This document shows, in pieces, positions 56,000-63,417 of a DNA stretch of 64,000 bases. This DNA is from Clostridiales bacterium DTU089. GTDB lineage: Bacteria > Bacillota > Clostridia > Oscillospirales > Acutalibacteraceae. The notes under the pieces are model-generated. The model saw only the letters and a program-made list of their open reading frames with translations, ran no database searches and was not told the DNA's origin. How positions within the stretch are numbered: position 1 is the stretch's first letter; every line of letters begins with the position of its first letter. The DNA lies in contig LFSB01000010.1 in assembly GCA_001513045.1 (NCBI GenBank), positions 33,900-97,899 of the forward strand, written 5' to 3'. Position numbers and translations under genes: made by a program.

Positions 56000-56069
56000 A
56001 GTTTAACTCCTCATTTGTCCATTTATCAAAGCGATTCTAAAGGGATGATACCATATGCTTACGCCTTTT

Positions 56070-56426
56070 TCAACATTTGCTTTTCTTTGCGGTGTTGATG
56101 GAAGCAATGAGCATACGGCGAATTGATCCGCAGGTGCTTTGTAGTGATTGATATTGCTCGTTTGGTATATAGCCGGTCTCCGAAAGCAACTCAAGCCAAT
56201 ACTCGGTTTCATAACACTCTTTTTGCGCGATTTCAAGCTTCGATATGAAATCTTTTGTTCCTTGCGCATATTGTGCTTCATGAAGATTTGCGCCGATTGA
56301 TGTTCCGGAACGCAAAAGTTGATTGGTCAGTACCGATTCCCGTTGATTTGCTTTTATATCTCTGCAAAGATAGACGATTTGCTTTGCAAATTCTTTGGCT
56401 TTATTCCTTAAAATGCTATCAGCCAC
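56070..56426 (-). CDS. Four-helix-bundle protein (23S rRNA intervening-sequence protein family)
   Basis: LLRSGTSIGANLHEAQYAQGTKDFISKLEIAQKECYETEYWLELL is the family signature. Confidence 0.78.
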   Translation of the reverse strand: MADSILRNKAKEFAKQIVYLCRDIKANQRESVLTNQLLRSGTSIGANLHEAQYAQGTKDFISKLEIAQKECYETEYWLELLSETGYIPNEQYQSLQSTCGSIRRMLIASINTAKKSKC

Positions 56427-56470
56427 AAGTATCACCTCTTTAATAAAGTATAGTATAAATCTTTAGCTCT

Positions 56471-56647
56471 GTAAAGTGATATGCCGCTGTCGCGGCGTGA
56501 TATTCTTGCCTTGCGGCAAGAGTGATATTTCTCGCTGCGCTCGAAGTGATATTCTATTCGCCTCTCACGCCCGCAGGCATATCACTCGGCGTAGCCGAAT
56601 ATCACGCCCCAAAGGGGCATATAACTCGCCGCAGGCGAATAGAACTG
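56471..56647 (+). repeat. Heptamer-hairpin structured element, copy B (candidate sRNA or structured DNA site)
   Basis: GTGATAT at 56476, 56497, 56522 and 56546. ATATCAC/ATATAAC at 56579, 56599 and 56619. Hairpins lie between every pair of heptamers. Confidence 0.85.
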
Positions 56648-56680
56648 AAAAAAGCACATCGCATTGCGATGTGCTTTTTT
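56648..56680. terminator. Bidirectional intrinsic terminator shared by element B and tRNA-Gly
   Basis: A6, GCACATCGC-ATT-GCGATGTGC, T6, ending 1 nt from the tRNA CCA end. Confidence 0.8.
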
Positions 56681-56681
56681 C

Positions 56682-56755
56682 TGGAGCGGAAGAGGGGAAT
56701 CGAACCCCCGCTATCTGCTTGGGAAGCAGAAGTTCTGCCATTAAACTACTCCCGC
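56682..56755 (-). tRNA. tRNA-Gly (anticodon CCC), CCA encoded
   Basis: Reverse complement is GCGGGAG-TA-GTTTAATGGCAGAAC-T-TCTGC-TTCCCAA-GCAGA-TAGC-GGGGG-TTCGATT-CCCCT-CTTCCGC-T-CCA, a 74-nt cloverleaf. Confidence 0.92.
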
Positions 56756-56773
56756 GAGTTTTAATTCCCGATT

Positions 56774-56802
56774 ATTTTACCACATCTTTCCGGATTTTTA
56801 AA
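56774..56802 (-). promoter_or_regulatory. Candidate promoter for tRNA-Gly
   Basis: On the minus strand: TTTAAA, 17-nt spacer ending in TGG, TAAAAT (extended -10), about 18 nt upstream of the tRNA. Confidence 0.4.
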
Positions 56803-56976
56803 GGGCTTTTTTACTTTTTGCAGATGTTTTTTCTCTTTTCATGAGGATTTTTCTGTTCATACGCTGCATTTTATGCTACAATAATCAAGATACAAGAAAA
56901 ATATACGAAAGGCACGATGACGTTATGCAAATGAGCCTCCGGAAGCTGCGCAAAACGGCATCATACGGTGATTAAA

Positions 56977-59208
56977 ATGCAGTTTGATTTCACATCTCTT
57001 TGTGTGTGTGTTGAGCATCCGTCGGCACGTGCGGCGGCGGAGCTTTTCATGCAGGAGATAGCTGTGCGTACCGGCAACAATGTTCCGTTTACGGACAATG
57101 CCGTTGCTCCGTGCGCGGTTTTCGGAATATGCGATACGCTGAAAAACAAGGATTGCTACAGGATTTCACTTTCGGACGGAGTAATCGGCTTTTTCGCGTC
57201 GGGAACCCGCGGTCTGATATATGCGTTTTCAATGTTCCTCAGAAAAAGCGTTTACGAGAACGGTAAAATTCTGCTTATAAAGGACATTTCCGGCGAGTAT
57301 GTGCCCGACAAGTCCATAAGGGGTCATCAGCTCGGCTACCGCACCACACCGAACAGCTATGATGCGTGGGATTATGAGCAGTATTACCGCTACTACCGTG
57401 ACCTGATGTTTTTCGGAGCGAACACCTGTGAGCATATACCGAATGAAGACCTCAAGGTGCGCCGCAACAGGCTTATGAAATATGAGCCGGAGGAGTTTTT
57501 GCCGGAGGCCTCGCGCCTTGCCGACTCGCTCGATATGGATGTTTCGCTGTGGTACCCGAACAATGAGGAAAGCATAGACGCTGCGGTTGAGCGCCGCTCA
57601 AGGCTGTTTGAAAAGGTTCCGAGAATTGATGCGGTATTTCCTCCCGGAGGCGACCCCGGTGAGTTCTATGCCGACGAATTTATAGAGCGTTGTATAGCCA
57701 TATCCAAGGGCTTGAAAAAGGTGCATCCGAATGCGCAGATGTGGCCTTCCGCTCAAAAGCCGCACACATATCCGGACTGGGGCGAGGCGTTTATTGAGGA
57801 GCTTGAAAAGCTTCCCGACGAAATTGACGGCGTAATAACCGGCCCGAATCACGCTTTGCCGATGGATGAGCTGCGCCGCAGGCTGCCGTCAAAGTATCCG
57901 CTGCGCTTCTATCCCGATATAACCCACAATGTGCGTTGTGAATATCCGGTGCATTTCAACCGTGATGACTGGCACTATGCTCTTGCATCTACGCTTTCGC
58001 GCGAAAGCATAAATCCGCGTCCGACCGAGTTCCGCCTTCTCCACCGCATTACTCGCCGCTATGTTATAGGCTCGGTGAGCTACTCCGAAGGCGTGAGCGA
58101 TGACATAAACAAGATGGTCTGGAGCGATATGGACTTCTTCCCCGAGGTATCCCTGCGCGATACGCTTGAGGACTATTCGAGAGTCTTCTTTTTCGGCGCT
58201 CCCGCCTCAACAGTTGCCGACGGTATACTTGCTCTTGAACGCAACTGGCAGGGAGACCCCTTTGAAAACTCCGGAATAGACGACACTCTTTTGCTGTGGG
58301 AGCGGCTTTCGGAAAATTATCCGTTTCTCAATGAAAACTGGCGTTTTCTGCAATGCCTGTTCCGCGCAAAGTGCGATGCTCTTGTCAGACGGCGCAGAGT
58401 GTTTGAAACACGGCTTGTCGAGGATGCAAGGTATTATCTGAAAAAGCGCGATACAGCCCGTGCACGCGAGGTTCTCGAAACTCCTTTTGATGATGGCTAT
58501 ACCGCCCTGCGCGGCGAGATAGACAATCTCGGAAAGAGGTTGTTTGAAAAAATCGGTCTGCAGCTCGATGTTGAGCATTACTGCGCGGACTCATGGGAGC
58601 GCGGCGCAACGCTTGAAACAATCGACCAGCCCGTGACGGACAAGAAATGGCTTCTCAACCGCCTTGACTACTGTGATGCTCTCCCGGAGGCTGAGCAAGA
58701 CGGCTTTATCGACCGGCTTCTCGGACGCAATACGGTTGAAAGCGATGAATATTATTTCTCGCTCGCGGAGCATGGCTTTGATGTGCTGGGCGTACCTGTG
58801 GAAGGGGAGTTTTACATAGACTTCCGCGGCGACAGACCGTCGGTTAACAACGGCAGCATGCCGATGTCAATGCTCAAGGTTTACGACCATTATCAGCTGA
58901 GGCTGAAAACCGCCGGATTTGCCCCCGATACGGATTATACGCTGCGTGTGAGCTTCAAGTCCGAAAAGTATCCGGTGCTCAAGCATCACCACGTAATTGC
59001 AAACGGGGTTACGGTGTACGACGGCCCGCAATTCGGCGGTGAACGCGATGAGAAATTCGATTCCGAGCTGTTGGCTCCGGGCTTTGAAACGGCATCGTAT
59101 GTTTTGCCTGCATCCGTGTTCGTCAACGGCTGCCTTGAGCTTGAAATAGGCGAGCCCTATGCCGGAGTAAAGCTGTGCGAGCTGTGGATAAAAAAGCGCA
59201 GCAGATAA
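56977..59208 (+). CDS. Large uncharacterised protein, possibly a glycoside hydrolase
   Basis: About 743 aa; start uncertain (GTG 56968 or ATG 56977). The N-terminal third (SIRGHQLGYRTTPNSYDAWDYEQYYRYYRDLMFFGANTCEHIP) resembles TIM-barrel GH modules preceded by a GH20/GH67-like N-domain. This is a weak assignment. Confidence 0.4.
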   Translation: MQFDFTSLCVCVEHPSARAAAELFMQEIAVRTGNNVPFTDNAVAPCAVFGICDTLKNKDCYRISLSDGVIGFFASGTRGLIYAFSMFLRKSVYENGKILLIKDISGEYVPDKSIRGHQLGYRTTPNSYDAWDYEQYYRYYRDLMFFGANTCEHIPNEDLKVRRNRLMKYEPEEFLPEASRLADSLDMDVSLWYPNNEESIDAAVERRSRLFEKVPRIDAVFPPGGDPGEFYADEFIERCIAISKGLKKVHPNAQMWPSAQKPHTYPDWGEAFIEELEKLPDEIDGVITGPNHALPMDELRRRLPSKYPLRFYPDITHNVRCEYPVHFNRDDWHYALASTLSRESINPRPTEFRLLHRITRRYVIGSVSYSEGVSDDINKMVWSDMDFFPEVSLRDTLEDYSRVFFFGAPASTVADGILALERNWQGDPFENSGIDDTLLLWERLSENYPFLNENWRFLQCLFRAKCDALVRRRRVFETRLVEDARYYLKKRDTARAREVLETPFDDGYTALRGEIDNLGKRLFEKIGLQLDVEHYCADSWERGATLETIDQPVTDKKWLLNRLDYCDALPEAEQDGFIDRLLGRNTVESDEYYFSLAEHGFDVLGVPVEGEFYIDFRGDRPSVNNGSMPMSMLKVYDHYQLRLKTAGFAPDTDYTLRVSFKSEKYPVLKHHHVIANGVTVYDGPQFGGERDEKFDSELLAPGFETASYVLPASVFVNGCLELEIGEPYAGVKLCELWIKKRSR

Positions 59209-59242
59209 AGCGGTTAAAACGCAAACACATACATTATAAAAA

Positions 59243-59279
59243 ATCCGGACTGCTCAATGATGAGCAGCCCGGATTTTTT
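59243..59279. terminator. Bidirectional intrinsic terminator
   Basis: ATCCGGACTGCTCA-ATGA-TGAGCAGCCCGGAT flanked by A6 and T6, between convergent genes. Confidence 0.75.
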
Positions 59280-59289
59280 ATGTTGTTTC

Positions 59290-61365
59290 TTATTCTTCGT
59301 CTTCGATTTTGGCTTCGGCGATAACCTTGTCGGCAATCATCTGGGGAGCCTCCTCGTATCTTGCAAACTCGCAGGAGAAATAGCCTCTGCCTGCGGTTAC
59401 CGAACGGAGAATTGTCGGGAAGTCGCCGAGCTCCGCCATGGGAACCTCTGCAATAAGCTCCTGCATCTTGGGCTCGTTGGCAGGACCCATTCCGAGGACT
59501 CTGCCGCGGCGCTTGGTGATGTCGCCCATGATATCGCCGAGGTTGTCGTCCGGCATGTAAGCCTTGACGGTTCCGATAGGCTCAAGTATGGTGGGCTGAG
59601 CTTCGGGGATAGCGTTTTTGAAGGCTATCTGCGCGGCGGTTTTGAATGCCATTTCAGAGGAATCGACCGGGTGATAGGAACCGTCGTGAAGCGCTGCCTT
59701 TATGCCGACCATGGGATAACCCGCAATCATGCCCTTGGCTATGCAATCGCGAAGACCCTTTTCAACAGCGGGGAAGAAGTTCTTAGGTACGCTGCCGCCG
59801 ACAACCTCGTCGGATGTGAACAGGAAGCCCTCCTCGCCGGCATACGGCTCGAAGCGAATCCACACGTCACCGAACTGGCCGTGACCGCCGGACTGCTTCT
59901 TATGACGTCCCTGCTTATCAACAACCTTGCGGATGGTTTCTCTGTAAGCGACCTTGGGTACGCTGGTGTCAACCTCAACGCCGAATTTGCTCTTGAGCTT
60001 GGAGATGATGATGTCTATATGCTGCTCGCCGAGTCCGCTGAGTATCGGCTCGTGAGTTTCATCGTTGGTGTAATAGGAGATTGTGGGGTCCTCCTCCATA
60101 AGTCTGCGAAGACCGGAGGCTATCTTTTCCTCCTCGCCCTTCTTGCGAGCACGGACGGCTACTGAGAGGCAGGGCGCCGGGGAGTTGACTCCGGCAAGCT
60201 TTATTATTTGCTTGGAATTGCAGATGGTGTCGCCGGTGTTGATTCCGGTAAGCTTTGTAACAACGCCGATGTCACCGGCGGGTATGCCTGCTGAATCCTC
60301 CTGCTTTATGCCCTTAACGGTGATTATTTTACCCATTCTTTCGCTCTCGCCTGTTGTGGCGTTATATGCGGGAGTATCGGCGGTGATTTTGCCGGATACC
60401 ACCTTGAGGAAGGACATCTTTCCGACGAACGGGTCGGCGATGGTTTTAAAGCAGATTGCAGCAAGCGGTCCGTTTTCGTCGCACTTGACTTCAAGCTCCT
60501 TGCCGTCACCGTCAACAGCGTTTTCGGATGCCTTGTCGGCAGCACTCGGAGCTGTGAGAGCAATGGCGTTGAGGATGAGCTCAACAGCATCGGTGTTGTA
60601 GCCTGAGCAGGCATATACGGGGAAGAGAACTCCGTCCTTGATTCCGGCGGAAAGCCCCTTAACTATTTCTTCATGAGTAAACTCCTCACCCTCGAAGAAC
60701 TTTTCCATAAGCTCCTCATCGGCGCCGGCCACTGCCTCGGTAAATACGGACTTCATCTCGGCAATTCGTGCGTCGTCAGGGAAGGCGATTTCCTTGCCCT
60801 TGCCGCCGGCATATTCATACGCCTTACCCTCGGCAAAGTCAACATAAGCACTAACCTTGTCGCCGCTCATGAGCGGAACAACAACGGGGCATACGGCGCT
60901 GCCGTATTCATCGGTCAGGGCGGAAAGAGTTTTGTAAAAATCGGTGTTTTCGGCATCAAGTCTGGTTATTGCGAACATTTTCGCAATGCCTCTCTGGCTT
61001 GCTGCCTTGAATGCCTTTTCGGCTCCCACGTCAAGCCCTGAGCCGGCGGCTGTAACTATAAGCACGGACTCTGCCGCTCGTACACCCTCGGCAACTCCGC
61101 CTGCAAAGTCGAAAAGACCAGGAGTGTCAAGAAGATTTATTTTTACATTTTTCCACTCAAGAGGGGATACAGCCGTTGAAACGGATACCTTCCTCTTTTT
61201 TTCCTCTGCGTCAAAGTCCATAACAGTGTTTCCGTCGGCGGTTCTGCCGAGTCTGTCGGTTGAGCCTGCGAGGAAAAGCATTGCTTCCGCGAGAGTGGTT
61301 TTGCCTCTGCCGCCGTGTCCGGCGATGGCGATGTTTCTGATGTCGTTTGCATTGTAGGCTTTCAA
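59290..61365 (-). CDS. Elongation factor G paralogue with non-canonical G3/G4 motifs
   Basis: 691 aa with EF-G domain order and P-loop GHGGRGKTT. G3 reads DTPGL (not DTPGH) and G4 reads TRLD (not NKMD). TTG start with GGAGGA SD. Confidence 0.85.
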   Translation of the reverse strand: MKAYNANDIRNIAIAGHGGRGKTTLAEAMLFLAGSTDRLGRTADGNTVMDFDAEEKKRKVSVSTAVSPLEWKNVKINLLDTPGLFDFAGGVAEGVRAAESVLIVTAAGSGLDVGAEKAFKAASQRGIAKMFAITRLDAENTDFYKTLSALTDEYGSAVCPVVVPLMSGDKVSAYVDFAEGKAYEYAGGKGKEIAFPDDARIAEMKSVFTEAVAGADEELMEKFFEGEEFTHEEIVKGLSAGIKDGVLFPVYACSGYNTDAVELILNAIALTAPSAADKASENAVDGDGKELEVKCDENGPLAAICFKTIADPFVGKMSFLKVVSGKITADTPAYNATTGESERMGKIITVKGIKQEDSAGIPAGDIGVVTKLTGINTGDTICNSKQIIKLAGVNSPAPCLSVAVRARKKGEEEKIASGLRRLMEEDPTISYYTNDETHEPILSGLGEQHIDIIISKLKSKFGVEVDTSVPKVAYRETIRKVVDKQGRHKKQSGGHGQFGDVWIRFEPYAGEEGFLFTSDEVVGGSVPKNFFPAVEKGLRDCIAKGMIAGYPMVGIKAALHDGSYHPVDSSEMAFKTAAQIAFKNAIPEAQPTILEPIGTVKAYMPDDNLGDIMGDITKRRGRVLGMGPANEPKMQELIAEVPMAELGDFPTILRSVTAGRGYFSCEFARYEEAPQMIADKVIAEAKIEDEE

Positions 61366-61450
61366 ATTTATTTCCTCCTTGTGCCGGCCCGAGTCGGAGC
61401 CGGACGAATTTAAGACCGAACGTGACTTGAATCATAAATACACAAGGGCG

Positions 61451-61479
61451 ATTATAACATACTTCACCGACTATTTCAA
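61451..61479 (-). promoter_or_regulatory. Sigma-A promoter for EF-G paralogue
   Basis: On the minus strand: TTGAAA, 17-nt spacer ending in TGT, TATAAT (extended -10). It leaves a ~78-nt 5' UTR containing hairpin CCGGC...GCCGG (61384-61403). Confidence 0.55.
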
Positions 61480-61529
61480 CGAAAAATTAGATGAAATAAC
61501 AATTTTTTTTGTTAAGATTTGTATTTTGC

Positions 61530-61558
61530 TTGAAATCCGGCAATCTTTATGATAAACT
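61530..61558 (+). promoter_or_regulatory. Candidate sigma-A promoter for lipoprotein gene
   Basis: TTGAAA, 17-nt spacer ending in TGA, TAAACT. Confidence 0.4.
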
Positions 61559-61617
61559 GTATAAAGGTATATATGGGTTGTTTAATATATAAATTTCTCC
61601 GGAGGTGCTTTTTTCCC

Positions 61618-63408
61618 ATGAAAAAGTATATAAAACTTCTGCCGGTATTTATAACAGGGTGCGTTATAGTACTTATTCTTGCCAGCTGCAAAGGAAAGGA
61701 CTCTCTCGACCCTATAGTTGTAACCGATGAGAACGGTGTTGTGGTGACTGATGAAAACGGTGAACCGATGACCGTGATTCCTCAGACTACACAGGTGTAT
61801 GTTACGGATGCGAACGGTGCGTATGTAACAGATGCAAACGGTAACAAAATAACAACGGTGGTAGGCGTACCGATTGAGGTCACCATTCCGGTTACAAATC
61901 CGGACGGTTCAAAGGTTAAGGATTCCGACGGGAAAGACGTAACAAAGGTTATAACGATAACTCCATCAATTGACGAAACCACAAATACAACGCTTTATCC
62001 CACATATCCGGGCGGCACCACCATGGTACCGCTTACGGACGGAGAGGGCAACACTGCAACCAATGCGGGCGGAGAGGTTATTACGGTTCCCATAATTCCC
62101 ACCGAGCCTCCCACGGCGGCACCTACACCGGTTAATCCCACAAGCTGGAAGACAACCTTCGGAGGAACTCTGGCGGATTATTTTTCAGCGGTCACAGCTC
62201 TTTCCGACGGCGGCTGCGTGGCAATCAACGTTACAAACTCCTCGGATAACGATATGCTCTCCATTGCGGATTCAATAGGCAGACCGTGCTCGGTAATTAT
62301 CAAGTATGACGCGCAGGGCGCTGTCATGTGGAAGAAGGCATTCGGAGGAAACGGAGCTACCACACTTGTGTCTATTGCTCAAACTCCGGACGGCGGCTTT
62401 GTTGCCTGCGGATATTCCAATGCCACAGACCTCGGCGTTGAATGCCGCGGCTCCTATGACGCGATTGTCGTTAAGTTTGACTCACAGGGCAACAAGCTTT
62501 GGGTTAAGAATTTCGGAACAAGCACCACCGACACGTTTAACGGCGTTGCGGTTGCGCCCTCCGGAGACATAATAGTCGCAGGAAGCGTCGGAACCAATGA
62601 CGGCGATATCGCTTCCCTTGCGCGAACCTCGCGCGGAAGCTCGGCGAGTATAGTTTCATACACCTCAACAGGTGAGGTCAACTGGTACAGAATAATAGGC
62701 GACAATATGGACCGCTTCAACAATGTTACGGTTGATTCCGATAACAGCATTTTCGCGGTGGGCTCCTTTAAAAACGCAAAAACAAACACGACTCCTTACG
62801 GTATAATAGTTCCTAAGGGTGAATTCGACGGTGTTGTTGCCAAGCTTTCTGCGAAAGGCAATACCACATGGATAACAAGCTTCGGCGGCAGCAGAAACGA
62901 TATTTTTGATGCCATTTGCACCACCGGCGACGGCGGATGCGTAGTGGCAGGCTACTCAAGGTCCGCGGACGGAGAGCTTTCCGCGCTTTCAACCAATAAG
63001 GGAAATAACGACGGTATAATAGTCAGGTTCGGCAAGGATTCCTCCGTGGAATGGTCGGTTAACTTCGGCGGAAATGCCGAGGATATTCTCGAATCCGTAG
63101 TAAAAGTCAACGGCGGATATATAGCGGTCGGAAGCACTCGCTCCGCAAACAGGGACCTTGCGGTTGTGGGCAATCACGGCGGACTTGACGGTCTTGCGGT
63201 GAGTGTGTCGGATAACGGCAGAGTTTCATGGAGCCAGGTATTCGGCGGAACTAAAAACGATAGCTTCAGATGTGTTGCTGCCTCTCCGGACGGAGCATTC
63301 TTTGCAGCCGGCAGATCTCTCTCCTCGGACGGCGACATATCAGACATAACCTCTGTGAAAAGCGGCGGTCAGTTTGATGTGGGCGTAATATCAAAATTTA
63401 AGGGCTGA
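61618..63408 (+). CDS. Lipoprotein with N-terminal VTDxNG repeats and a seven-repeat beta-propeller-like domain
   Basis: MKKYIKLLPVFITGCVIVLILASCKG is a lipobox. GGAGGTG SD before the ATG at 61618. Seven repeats of about 55 aa, of the form FGG(x)xxDxFxxVxxxxDGGxVxxGxSxSxDGD. Confidence 0.65.
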   Translation: MKKYIKLLPVFITGCVIVLILASCKGKDSLDPIVVTDENGVVVTDENGEPMTVIPQTTQVYVTDANGAYVTDANGNKITTVVGVPIEVTIPVTNPDGSKVKDSDGKDVTKVITITPSIDETTNTTLYPTYPGGTTMVPLTDGEGNTATNAGGEVITVPIIPTEPPTAAPTPVNPTSWKTTFGGTLADYFSAVTALSDGGCVAINVTNSSDNDMLSIADSIGRPCSVIIKYDAQGAVMWKKAFGGNGATTLVSIAQTPDGGFVACGYSNATDLGVECRGSYDAIVVKFDSQGNKLWVKNFGTSTTDTFNGVAVAPSGDIIVAGSVGTNDGDIASLARTSRGSSASIVSYTSTGEVNWYRIIGDNMDRFNNVTVDSDNSIFAVGSFKNAKTNTTPYGIIVPKGEFDGVVAKLSAKGNTTWITSFGGSRNDIFDAICTTGDGGCVVAGYSRSADGELSALSTNKGNNDGIIVRFGKDSSVEWSVNFGGNAEDILESVVKVNGGYIAVGSTRSANRDLAVVGNHGGLDGLAVSVSDNGRVSWSQVFGGTKNDSFRCVAASPDGAFFAAGRSLSSDGDISDITSVKSGGQFDVGVISKFKG

Positions 63409-63417
63409 GCAGACTTT

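Larger units (their letters stand above)
52054..56470. mobile_element. AT-rich accessory island adjacent to tRNA-Gly (no integrase or transposase detected)
   Basis: Hand-counted 60-nt lines give 32-37% GC inside, against 55-60% in flanking core. The island is bounded by the alr terminator and by element B plus tRNA-Gly. Cargo is orphan, resistance-like or regulator genes. Confidence 0.55.

Noticed and set aside
52054-56470. Island considered as a prophage or an integrative element with its own recombinase
   Set aside because: No integrase, transposase, terminase or capsid-like ORF is present on either strand. There is no direct repeat of the tRNA-Gly 3' end at the left border. I report it only as a compositional island.
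59257-61357. Plus-strand ORFs of 302, 172, 122 and 137 aa opposite the EF-G paralogue
   Set aside because: All lie inside and antisense to a 691-aa gene with clear EF-G motifs. They have low-complexity composition and no ribosome-binding sites.
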